DNA of 57,344 nt, from IMG/VR virus record IMGVR_UViG_3300018410_000010, positions 1-57,344 of that record. One strand, written 5' to 3'. A program made the translations under genes and the position numbers. This stretch comes from a virus (Duplodnaviria; Caudoviricetes). Below, piece by piece: positions 35,386 through 46,300 of this stretch (the first letter of the stretch is position 1; the number at the start of each line of letters is the position of its first letter). A model generated the notes under the pieces. That model made no database searches. It worked only from the letters and a program-made list of their open reading frames with translations, and was not told the DNA's origin.

Positions 35386-38300
35386 TTACTGGTTTTTAAG
35401 TTGTTCGATTTCGTCTTTAAGCTCTTTAACTGCTTCAACCAAAAGACCAACGATGTTACCGTAAGCAACGCTCTTAATTTGTTCTCCATCTTCTGCGGCT
35501 GAAACGACTTCTGGAAGTACTTCTTCAACTTCTTGAGCAATTAAGCCGACTTTTCTTACGCCTGGTCTTGATTTCATATCAAAATATACACCGCGCATAT
35601 TAGATACTTTTTCAAGAGCGTTAGGAATTGTTTCAATGTTTTCTTTTAGTCTAATGTCTGAATTAGATTCAATATCACCTGTAGCAGTAAAGTTACCTGT
35701 AGCGATTTGGAAAGTAAATAGATTCGAACCAGTAAGTGGCTTGATAACAAAATTACTTGTAACACTGGTATTTACTTCTAAGCTAACACTGTTATTTGTT
35801 GTTAACCAACCTAATCTAGAATATGGACCTGCCGCTGTATTACCCATCGACAAATAGTTATTTGACGCCAAGTGGAAATCACTTGAGCCAGATGCCGTAA
35901 AGCTATCAGCAGTAATAGATCCAACTACGTTAACATTACCTTCAACTTGAAGGTTTTCAACTGTAAGTTCGTCAACATCAGAAGTATAGAAGAAGTTAGA
36001 TTCACCGCCTGGGTTTGGTCCAGTCGTAGCTCTTAATGGCTGAGTTGTGTTTCCACCTTCAACCATTGTAATAAACAAGGCTGTATCTTGTACAGAAGTT
36101 TCGTGAACGTTTTGGATGTTAGTAACAGCGCCTGCAGGACCAAAACCTTGCATACCCTGTGTACCTTGGAAACCACGCTCACCTTGAAGACCTTGAGCAG
36201 CCTGTGTACCCTGAAGACCTTGAGTACCTTGGCCTGGGAAACCTTGAATACCAAGAGAACCTTGAGTACCTTGACCACCCTGAATACCCTGCGAACCAGC
36301 ACCAATTGTACCTTGGAAGCCTGGTCCACCTTGTGTACCTTGGTGACCTTGAGCACCGGTATCTCCTAATCCACCGCTGATACCTTGGAAACCCTGTGAA
36401 CCATCAAAGCCTTGAACACCTTGAGTACCTCCAACACCTGATTCACCAATAATACCTTGAACACCCTGATTACCGTCATTACCTTGTACACCTGTATTAC
36501 CGATACCAGCCGAACCTTGGAAACCTTGTGTACCTTGGTTACCGTCTCCGGTCTCACCCTGAACACCTTGAAGGCCTTCTTCACCGTCTGTACCTTGAAT
36601 ACCCTGTAGACCAGAAGTACCTTGTCCACCAAGACCTTGAACACCTTGAATACCTTCTCCGCCAATTGTACCTTGGAAACCTTGCATCCCTTGAATACCT
36701 TGGTTACCAAAACCTGGAGGACCTGAATTACCTTGTGTACCCTGATGTCCTTGTAAAGCATCACCTTGAATACCTTGGAAACCTTGAATACCGGTTGCAC
36801 CAATACCCGCTATACCTTGGAAGCCTTGAGCACCTTGAGTACCTTGCTGAGAAAGACCTTGTGGGCCTTGGAAGCCGTCAAAGCCTTGAATACCTTCATC
36901 ACCATCAGTACCGTCGACACCTTGTGGACCTTGTGGACCTTGAACGCCTTGAGAACCTTGAGTACCATCGCCACCAATAAAGCCTGGAGTACCTTGTGGA
37001 CCAGGACCACCTTGTAGACCTTGAACACCCTGCGTACCTTGGCCACCAAGTCCACCGCCCAATCCTTGAGCACCTTGGAATCCTTCAAAACCTTGAATAC
37101 CTTGTGACCCTGCCGGTCCAATATCACCTGTTCTAGCAAATGTAACAGTAATATCTGTACCATCTGTCCAGCTAGTTATTGAACTCGAAACAAAAGAAAC
37201 ACTAACATTAAAATATCCCGATTCTTCTGTTAAGCTATTGATTGAAAAGATAATAAACTCATCTACATTATCTTTAGAAGTAATTTTGACGTGACCTTTA
37301 ACAGGACTTGTAGAATCGTCAATCGTTCTTAAGAAAGGTTGAATATCTGTAAAATTATCATCTCTGTCGTCAAGTAACAACACATTAGCAGAAGCATAAG
37401 TTGCGTTATTAACTGAAACGCCACCAATGCCAGGATCTGAAAGAGTTGTTTGGCTTTTCCAAGTATAATCAAATGTTACACCACCAAAGCTACCAGTGGC
37501 ACCTTGTACACCACCTCCACCTTGGAGACCATCAGTACCTTGAATACCTTGTGGACCAATCGGGCCTGGAAAACCTTGTGTACCTTGGAAGCCTAGATCA
37601 CCCTGAATACCTTGTGTACCTTGAGCACCAGCACCTGTTGTACCTTGTAAACCATCATTACCTTGAATACCGTCTGTACCTTGGAAGCCTTGAGTACCTT
37701 GAGTACCTTGTGGGCCAAGATCACTAATGTTGAGCTGACCATTCATTCCAGCGTGAGCTGTACAGCTGTAATACAAAGTATCTGGCGCGTTACCAGGAAC
37801 TCTAAACGTAATTTCACCGCTAGATGCGCCGTTATTTGTTACGCCAGTATTATAAGCTGGGCCGGATGCACTACCAGATCTAATTTCAAATGGATGACCC
37901 GGTGCGTTGATAATAAATCTATATGTAAATCCTCTTAGAAGATTTAAGTCTGGGTTGTTAACACCATCTATTACATAAGCAATTGATGAAAGGTTAGTAA
38001 CGGTAAAGTCACGCGCACCTTCAACACCCTGAATACCTTGAGCACCTTGAATACCAGTTGTACCTTGAATAGACTGAGGACCTTGTGTACCTTGGACGCC
38101 TTGTAATCCTTGTACACCTTGATGTCCTTGTGTACCTTGAGCACCTTGTGAACCCGCATTACCAGATGGATTAAATGTAAAGACAGCGTCTGTACCATAA
38201 GTACCAGTAATTGCATCCCAGTCTGTGCCAGGACTTAAATCTGTTCCGCCAAGTTCTGATTGCTCAACGAGGCTAATAACAAAATGACCCCAGTCCGAAC

Positions 38301-39957
38301 CAGTACCAGTTACACCCCACACCCAATCTGTGTATTCAAAGATTAAGAACTGATATCCACCAGTTGCATCTTTTGGAGTTCTAATAAAGATTTGACCTTT
38401 TGGAGTACTTGTTACAGCATCAAGATAATTGAATAACTCGTCTACGCGTCTTCCGCTATCCGTTAAGTCATCAATATAAAGTTTTGTTGCTAAAGTAACA
38501 TCACTATTATTTAAAAGCCATGAATTAAGGCCTGGGAATCCTTCAGTTGTAGAGTTGTTGAAACCCCACATATAAGTAAGCCCGCCATTGTAACCAATTT
38601 GCCCTTGCAAACCTTGCAGACCTTGGTTACCATCAGTACCTTGCATCCCTTGGAAACCAGATCCACCCTGAACACCCTGATGTCCTTGCAAACCTTGCAG
38701 ACCTTGTATACCCTGTGCTCCAGTAAATCCTTGTACGCCCTGAAGTCCTTGAATACCAGTGGTGCCCTGAATACCTTGAGTACCTTGAAGAGACTGAGGT
38801 CCTTGAGTACCTTGGAATCCGACAAAACCTTGTACGCCTTGAACACCTTGTGTTCCCTGCGGTCCTTGAATACCTTGCGCACCAGACTCAACGAATGAAA
38901 TAATAACATCATCTGCATCCGAAAATGCGCCTGATTGTCCTATACTTGTTACATTAAAAGTAAACCAACCTGTATTGTCGGTAATATCTGTAATATCCCA
39001 TAATGCAAATACAGAAGTATCGCTTACTTTTGTAATTTTAATAGATGCTTTTACAGGATTAGTTAGAGCATCAAATGCATTTAAAAGATCTGAAATATCA
39101 CGAGCGCCAGGATTTGCATTTTCATTAATATAAATTAAAGTTGCATTTGCCTGGTCAGCGTTATTATACTTAATATTTGAGTTGCCTGGATCTGTAGCAG
39201 TTACGTCTGTACTAAATCCGTACTCAAAAGAAATTCCGCCATAAGAACCTGTGGTACCTTGAATACCAAGATCACCTTGAATACCTGTTGTACCCTGAAT
39301 AGACTGAGGACCTTGGACACCTTGAGTACCTTGATCACCTACGTCGCCTTGAATGCCTGTCGTACCCTGAACGCCTTGAACACCTTGAGTGCCTTGCAAT
39401 CCTTGAATACCTTGTACACCCTGAATACCAGTAGAGCCTTGGAAACCTTGAGTACCTTGGAAACCACGGAAACCAGTACTACCCTGAATACCTTCGTTAC
39501 CGATTGTACCCTGAAATCCTTGTAAACCATCATTACCTTGGAAGCCCTGTACTCCACGGAACGATCCAACATTTACCCAGCTTGATCCGTTATAAACCCA
39601 TAATTCGTCGTCAGCTTCATCTATAACTGCGTCGCCTGTTGATGGACTTGAAAAGGCAGCGTTTAGAGTGGCCTGGGGGTCGCCACCTGAGTCTACATCA
39701 GCAACAGATCCAACAACTGTAAAGCCTGGACCATATCCACCTTGTAAACCGTCTGTACCTTGGATACCGGTTAAACCTTGAACCGCTCCACCTGAGTCTT
39801 CAAGTACTAACCACGCGGTACCGTTTGAAAAGTATAAATTGCCGTCGTCGCCATAAGCGATCGCACCTTCATATACAGCTACGTCTAAGGTAATAGGTGT
39901 TTGTTGTGGCTTACCTTGACCTACTAATCTGCTGCCACTTATAGAACGAAAGGCCAT
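35386..39957 (-). CDS. Collagen-like (Gly-X-Gln) tail fibre with C-terminal peptidase S74 chaperone
   Basis: Long G-x-Q triplet runs interrupted by globular domains; C-terminal SDIRLKENIETIPNALEKV...GLIAQEVEEVLPEVV...VAYGNIVGLLVEAVKEL. Confidence 0.88.
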   Translation of the reverse strand: MAFRSISGSRLVGQGKPQQTPITLDVAVYEGAIAYGDDGNLYFSNGTAWLVLEDSGGAVQGLTGIQGTDGLQGGYGPGFTVVGSVADVDSGGDPQATLNAAFSSPSTGDAVIDEADDELWVYNGSSWVNVGSFRGVQGFQGNDGLQGFQGTIGNEGIQGSTGFRGFQGTQGFQGSTGIQGVQGIQGLQGTQGVQGVQGTTGIQGDVGDQGTQGVQGPQSIQGTTGIQGDLGIQGTTGSYGGISFEYGFSTDVTATDPGNSNIKYNNADQANATLIYINENANPGARDISDLLNAFDALTNPVKASIKITKVSDTSVFALWDITDITDNTGWFTFNVTSIGQSGAFSDADDVIISFVESGAQGIQGPQGTQGVQGVQGFVGFQGTQGPQSLQGTQGIQGTTGIQGLQGVQGFTGAQGIQGLQGLQGHQGVQGGSGFQGMQGTDGNQGLQGLQGQIGYNGGLTYMWGFNNSTTEGFPGLNSWLLNNSDVTLATKLYIDDLTDSGRRVDELFNYLDAVTSTPKGQIFIRTPKDATGGYQFLIFEYTDWVWGVTGTGSDWGHFVISLVEQSELGGTDLSPGTDWDAITGTYGTDAVFTFNPSGNAGSQGAQGTQGHQGVQGLQGVQGTQGPQSIQGTTGIQGAQGIQGVEGARDFTVTNLSSIAYVIDGVNNPDLNLLRGFTYRFIINAPGHPFEIRSGSASGPAYNTGVTNNGASSGEITFRVPGNAPDTLYYSCTAHAGMNGQLNISDLGPQGTQGTQGFQGTDGIQGNDGLQGTTGAGAQGTQGIQGDLGFQGTQGFPGPIGPQGIQGTDGLQGGGGVQGATGSFGGVTFDYTWKSQTTLSDPGIGGVSVNNATYASANVLLLDDRDDNFTDIQPFLRTIDDSTSPVKGHVKITSKDNVDEFIIFSINSLTEESGYFNVSVSFVSSSITSWTDGTDITVTFARTGDIGPAGSQGIQGFEGFQGAQGLGGGLGGQGTQGVQGLQGGPGPQGTPGFIGGDGTQGSQGVQGPQGPQGVDGTDGDEGIQGFDGFQGPQGLSQQGTQGAQGFQGIAGIGATGIQGFQGIQGDALQGHQGTQGNSGPPGFGNQGIQGMQGFQGTIGGEGIQGVQGLGGQGTSGLQGIQGTDGEEGLQGVQGETGDGNQGTQGFQGSAGIGNTGVQGNDGNQGVQGIIGESGVGGTQGVQGFDGSQGFQGISGGLGDTGAQGHQGTQGGPGFQGTIGAGSQGIQGGQGTQGSLGIQGFPGQGTQGLQGTQAAQGLQGERGFQGTQGMQGFGPAGAVTNIQNVHETSVQDTALFITMVEGGNTTQPLRATTGPNPGGESNFFYTSDVDELTVENLQVEGNVNVVGSITADSFTASGSSDFHLASNNYLSMGNTAAGPYSRLGWLTTNNSVSLEVNTSVTSNFVIKPLTGSNLFTFQIATGNFTATGDIESNSDIRLKENIETIPNALEKVSNMRGVYFDMKSRPGVRKVGLIAQEVEEVLPEVVSAAEDGEQIKSVAYGNIVGLLVEAVKELKDEIEQLKNQ

Positions 39958-40391
39958 TAGACGTCATCCTCCTCCGATTGACCGAGAGTGAATGACAATG
40001 TTGCGTCTACTGCTAAATTGGTGTCGCACTTGATGTCTAGCGTATCACCAGATTTAAAGAATTGTCCGTTAAGAGGAATAGGAATTGTATCATATGCTGG
40101 AATTTTCATATTTCTTACAAGATAAAATGGTGTCTGTGTACCACTATCAAACCTATTTGCTCTTACGTCGACTGATACTGTATTAGCCGTAAAGTTACAA
40201 AGAATAAGAGGCGAAATAACTTCGCCCACACCCGGCTCAACAACGTTTGAACCACCGAATACAAGTTCAGGAACTTCATAGTTCGGCACCTCAATCATAA
40301 TTTGCCAGTTTGTCGTCAACGTAAAGCTTTTGGCGACCGGTTTAGCGTCGGGCGCCTGAGATGTTGAAATTGTAGATATTGAATATGACAT
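39957..40391 (-). CDS. Hypothetical virion protein
   Basis: 144 aa, coupled to both neighbours by TAATG overlaps. Confidence 0.65.
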   Translation of the reverse strand: MSYSISTISTSQAPDAKPVAKSFTLTTNWQIMIEVPNYEVPELVFGGSNVVEPGVGEVISPLILCNFTANTVSVDVRANRFDSGTQTPFYLVRNMKIPAYDTIPIPLNGQFFKSGDTLDIKCDTNLAVDATLSFTLGQSEEDDV

Positions 40392-43300
40392 TATAGTTGC
40401 GCCCTTGAGTTAGATGCTCTTCTTGCAAGTTTTCTAACAGATGAGGTAAACGGACGACCTTCAATTCGACCTGTTCTACCATTAATCCTTAGACCTCTTG
40501 CGAAGTATTGGTTGTTAAGTTCGTCAGAGCCTGACCATCTGATTCGACCACCATTTTCTGATAGGACCGAAGCGTTAGCACCAATTGCTGCACCCACGTT
40601 TCTAAAGTTCAGCGGTAGAGCGTTTCTGTTAACGCCAGCCGAAGCACCGTTGAACTGGTGAGCAATCGATTCAACCAACGAACCGAATGTTAAGAAGTTT
40701 GGTCTAATTACACTGTCGATTAGAACGTTATCAATCAATTCGGTTACCATATCTCTCTGATCTTGATTTACTGCGATATTGTTATTTATATAGGTTTTCA
40801 TCTGCGTCCATGCGCCAGTGAATGAATCAAGAAGATCGGTATTGTTGTCTGCATTACTATCAATCCAAGTTGTTCCATTGTAGTACCAAATTCTACCCAC
40901 ATAACGGTTACCGCTATTATTTGTTGGAACAATGAATGCATCCCAACGCTTACGTGGATCATCAGAGCTTCCATCTGGTAAATCAGTATTTGTTGGTCTT
41001 GTGCCCTTGAATCTCAACTTACGCCAATCAGCAAATGTTGATGGCGGGTTAAAGACCGGGAATACGTGCTGAGCATCAATGTTAAACAATGCACCGACAA
41101 ATGCTCTTGTTGCTTTATCAGATCCGTCAATGTTAAGTGCAGGATCAATAAATCTAAAGTCATTTGCAAGAATCTTGACTAAGTTTCCGCCATCGCGATA
41201 TGTTTTCGGTAAATCAATAAACTTGTATTCAGAAGTAATAAATCTTTGAACTTCGCGCTGTAGATCATTTCTGTTATTTTGCAGAATATCTTTAGCAAAA
41301 CTAAACTGCTTATCATTTTCCCAAGCAAAGTTAGGTTCAATTTCTGGACCAAGTGCTTCAGGACTATTGTAATATAGCGCATTGTAAAGAATCATACCAA
41401 GATCAATCGCTTGCTGAACTTGATGTGCTCCACCAAGCTCTGTTCTGAGACGCTGACCAGGATATTTACCCGCAACGATATCACTTACAATATAACCAAG
41501 TTGACGATATGCTTGAGCGGTTGCAACTCTTGTATCTTCTGGAACTCTGAGTTCGTTATTCCAGTAATAGAAGTCTGCATTCCATCTTGTCGCTTTGTTA
41601 CCGCCATAGTTGAAATCCCAGCTCATAGCATCTAGGATATAACCTGCATCGCGCTTACACTTAGTTTTGTTATAATCGATAATTGTAAATTCATCTTGCA
41701 AGAATTGAGTTATATCATCTGCAAGCTCATCTAAGTTATCGTCAATTTGTTTTGCAGCCCAAACTTTTCCAGCATCAACCCATGAAGTATTCGGATCAAG
41801 GATTTCTGGAATAATGTCCATGCTATCTCTTCTAATTGAATCTTCAACAATTCTTACAAGATCCATTACTTCTTCTTTTTCAGTAGCAGTAGCTGCTGGA
41901 TGCGTTGTAATATCTTGTTCTGCTGATGTGTGACTCATATGATCAGTATTTACAGCAGTTGCTCTTACAACATCACCTACTAGGTCAGCCATTTCTACAT
42001 AGAAGTTTGCAGTTTGCTCTCTTTGATCTTTTGGCAATACTGAAATTGCATTTTCAAAGTATAGCTCAGCAGTTCTAACTGTTGCATAATTTGTTGTATA
42101 GTTAACGTCGTGTGATAGAGCATCAATCATTACACCAACATCTCTGCGACATTTCTCACGAGAATAACTTAAACCTTTATAAGTTTCGTAAATATATGTC
42201 TGTAAAGTTTCTGCAATTCTAGCAGCATCATTTTCAACTGCATTTTTAGCAGAAAGAATTGATGCATCAATCCAGTTAATATGAGGATCTACTCTTGCTG
42301 GAATTCCTGAAGGATCATTGTCATCTGCTACTTTTGCTAACATTGTAGCAAGTTCCATTGCTTCTTGTGCAGTTTCTCTTCTTACTGCAAGAGATGGCAT
42401 TTCTTGTCTAACTGGGTTACCTGTTACATGAGCAATAGCATTTAGTTTAGCACTTACAAATGTATGAGCTCCGCCTTCACCGTAAGCTGTTTTACCAACA
42501 TTCATAGTAATTGTTGTTGCGTCAGCAGCAGTAATTTTCATCGGTGTATTATAGTATGGGTGATGAGATTCTGGTGCAGCATGTTCTTGCTGATTACCAT
42601 CAAGAGCACATGTAAATACGATGCTTTCAGGAGCAATTAATACGTAATCACCAACTTCTAAGTTGTGGTTTGCGCCAAGAGTTGCAGTGAATACACCTGT
42701 TACTGGATCATATGTAGCACCTGTTGGCTGCCACTTTCTTCCTAGCTCGCGTGGTACATGCTCGTTACGAGTTACCCAGCGAACAACTTTACCAAGATAT
42801 TCGAATGCTCTTCTTGTAGAGTCACGCTGATCGATTGGTAGAATGTTTACAGCATTTTTAAAGTAAAGCTCAGCAGTACCGTGCATTGCAGAGTTGCCAC
42901 CGTATTGGATATCGTGAGAAATCGCGTCAACAATATAACCAGTATCTCTGCGACATCTTTCTTCGCTGTACTCTAAGTATCCAAACTTATCTTTCAAGTA
43001 TTGAACAACTGTATCTCCAAGACCCTCTTTACGATCTCTAATGATTGCTGTACTTACTTCGTAATCGTAACCAGTTGCTGCACCGTCAGAAGTATCTGCT
43101 TCTTTCAGTTGTGGCATATTAATTAATGAATCATCAAGAATAATATCTCTTACGATTAAGAATAAGTTTTCAACATCAGCTCCTGTTCCAGCAACTACGT
43201 TTCCGAATCCAGAAGTAACTTGACTTTCAGCGTTTCCTGCTGTTGGTGTTACTGTTTGTTTTAGAACAACTCTTTCTGCAATTCCACCTACGTGAGCAAA

Positions 43301-46300
43301 TATTCCCGCAGTTTCAGATCTTTGATCTGCTGGGAGTACTGATGTTCCATTTTCGAAGTATAGTTTAGCAACATCTCTCATAGCAGCGTTTGAGCCGTGG
43401 CGAATATCAAATGATACTGCATCGACCATAACACCAATATCACGCTCGCATTTATCTCTTTGGACAGTTGTTAATGATGCCCATAAAGTAGGATATGTTT
43501 GTTCAAAGTGTGCTTTACCTTCAGCAGCTAAGAATGCTCTGTTTAATTGTAAGCCATCAGTTGCGTTATTATCACTATTACCAACATTAGCAGAACCGAA
43601 GTTGTATGTAACTCCAGCATCGCCATCTGTCATGATGCTAATGATATTATTAAATGCGGCTGTTGCTCTTGTAAGCGCAGTACCAGTAAGTCTTGGTAAA
43701 ATATCATCTTTAACGTATTCAATACCTTCAATTGTTTCCGCCAACTGCTCTTCAATTACTTTGTCTGCACCTACTGTACCTACACGATATGCTTTACCGT
43801 AGTATTTTGAAGGGTAATCAGAACCGGTTTGAACATCTCTTGATACGGCATCGATAATGAACCCAACATCTCTTGCACACTTATCTTCATCATATGTGTA
43901 ATTGTCTTTGCGTACAAAGCGAACAATTTCTTCTTGAATAAAGTGGCGGTTCCATTGTAGAGCTTTACGAGCATATGTTCTGCTTGGCTCCATTGCTGGT
44001 GATAGAGCAGTATTTGCTGTAGGCAATCCTGCAAGTCTAGTTTCAGGCTTCTGAGTAATATCTAGAGAACCTCTGTAATCTGGAATTACTAATCTATCAT
44101 CTGTAATATCAGCAATGATATTTGCCAATCTCTTAGCTTCATCACCTGTAGCAGTATTTGCTGCAGTCAAGCTACGGTTTTGATACTTGATATTACCGTT
44201 TACTTGTCTAATAGCGTCAGGTAGTGCACTTACGAATGTATGGGCACCAGTGTATGCTCCAGCATCGCCAACCCACATTGTAATAGTGGTTGCAGTTACA
44301 CCAATGATAGGACAAGCCCTTGCATAGAACCTATGGTGAGCCTCTGGTGATGCGTGGTTTGTTGGACCGCTTCCTGTGTCACAGCTAAATGTGATCGCAT
44401 CTTCTTTAAACCAAACATAGTCGTCAGTTGTTAAGCTGTGAGTACCAATGGTTGCTTCCATGATACCAGTAACTGGATCGTATGTAGCTCCTGTTGGTTG
44501 GAATCCAGGACCAAAGATAGGTTCATGAATTGTATTTTCAACAACTTTCTTAATTACGTCTGCAATGTGATTAAACGCAAGTCTGGTTGGTTCTCTTTGA
44601 TAGAAAGGTAGTACGTTGATAGCACCTTCGAAGTAATATCTTGCATTGTAGATTGTAGCATCTTCGCCACCATACTCAAGATCTTCTGAGATAGCATCAA
44701 CAATGTAACCAACATCGCGAGGACATTTAGCTTCGTTATAACCGAGACCATTGTATGTTTCTGCAATATGATCAATGATTTCAGTTTGATATTTTGGTTT
44801 CTGACCTTTGATTGAGTTAAAGCTTGAAACTAATCCTGCAGGATAACCAGCAGTTACCGCAGTAAGTTTTGGTTCTACAATCTCTGGAATTGTACCATCA
44901 TTTTCAAGAATAACTTCACCAATGTCTTTGAACAGTTTTTCAGCTGCATGAGAAACACTTGGCTTCAACGATCTTCTTACACCGTTAGTTGTTGCACTTA
45001 CGAATGTATGAACTGCGTCAACCTTAGCAGGACCGACATCTAACGTTACAGTAGTTGAAGTAGCAGAATCAATTCTAACCGGCTTGTTATAAATTGGATC
45101 TGTTGGTCTTGGATGTGCAAGGTTACCACCACCGTTAGATGGGCAAGAAAGTGTAATTGCGTCTTCTTCAAAGATAACGTAATCACCTTCAGTTAGTGAG
45201 TGAGTTCCTAGTGTCATTGTCATAACACCAGTGATATGATCGTAGTTTACGTCGGTTGGTGTATAAGCTTCAGCCATATTAGCTCGCTTAACCGAGTTTG
45301 CAGATGCAGATACAAATGTATGAGCTGTTTGTGGCTCGTGCTTAATAGCATTTGTTGTAGCGCTTACAAAGATGTGTGTCGAACCAGAAGCTGATCCGGC
45401 GTTACCAACGTTAATTGTAAACGTTCCATCTTGACGCTTGATACAATTTGCAGTAGCTGATACAAATCTATGCTCACCAGTATATGCTGATGGACCAACA
45501 TTTACTTTAAATGTGTTTGTAGTTACATCTGAAATTTCTAACCAACGATTTGTAGCATAATCTGTTGTTCTTGGGTATCCTTTTGCTACATAGTGATTGT
45601 CAAGATCACATGTATAAGATAATCCATAATCAGCAATCATGATATAATCACCATTGCTAAATCCGTGATTTGAAATTGTAATTACTGTATCACCAGAAGC
45701 AGCATCGTATGAAGCATAAGTTGGTGTATGTTCTGTTTGACCAACGTTTGTGATAGCAATAGAATCACCAGCATATGGATCTGATCCTGGTCTTGGATAT
45801 GTATGCTGAGTAGCATGTCCATCTTGGTCACAAGTAAATGTAAATGAATTATCTACTAGAACAACACCGTTTCCAACTCTCAATCCGTGTTGGCCAACAG
45901 TAACCACCATATCTCCATTTACAGCATCGTAAGTAGCGGCTGTTGGAGTAAAGTATTTGTTAGGACCAGAAGCACCGGCGTCAACAGTAACAGTATTTGT
46001 AGTTACTGCTGTTACAACATATGGTTTTAATGCATATGGGTCAAGCCCAGCTCTTGGATAAGTTTTAGCAGCCTGGTCTCCATCCATTGTACACGTGAAT
46101 GAGAAGGAGTTTGGCTCCAATGTTAGTCTGTCACCATACTTGAAATCATGACCAGCAATTGTCATTACAAAATTACCGTTTGCTGGATCGTAAGTTGCAT
46201 TTGTTGGTGTATAAGTTGTTGTTGAATCTACAATAGTTTGTGTTACTGTATTTTGAAGATTATCAACAACTTCATTTCTTAAAATTTGACCAATCATTTT

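Noticed and set aside
36033-39572. Many alternative-frame and antisense ORFs (VFKVLK / LEYLE / TLNTL types)
   Set aside because: Shadows of the CAAGGT-rich collagen codons, which lack stops in other frames; no RBS or independent features.
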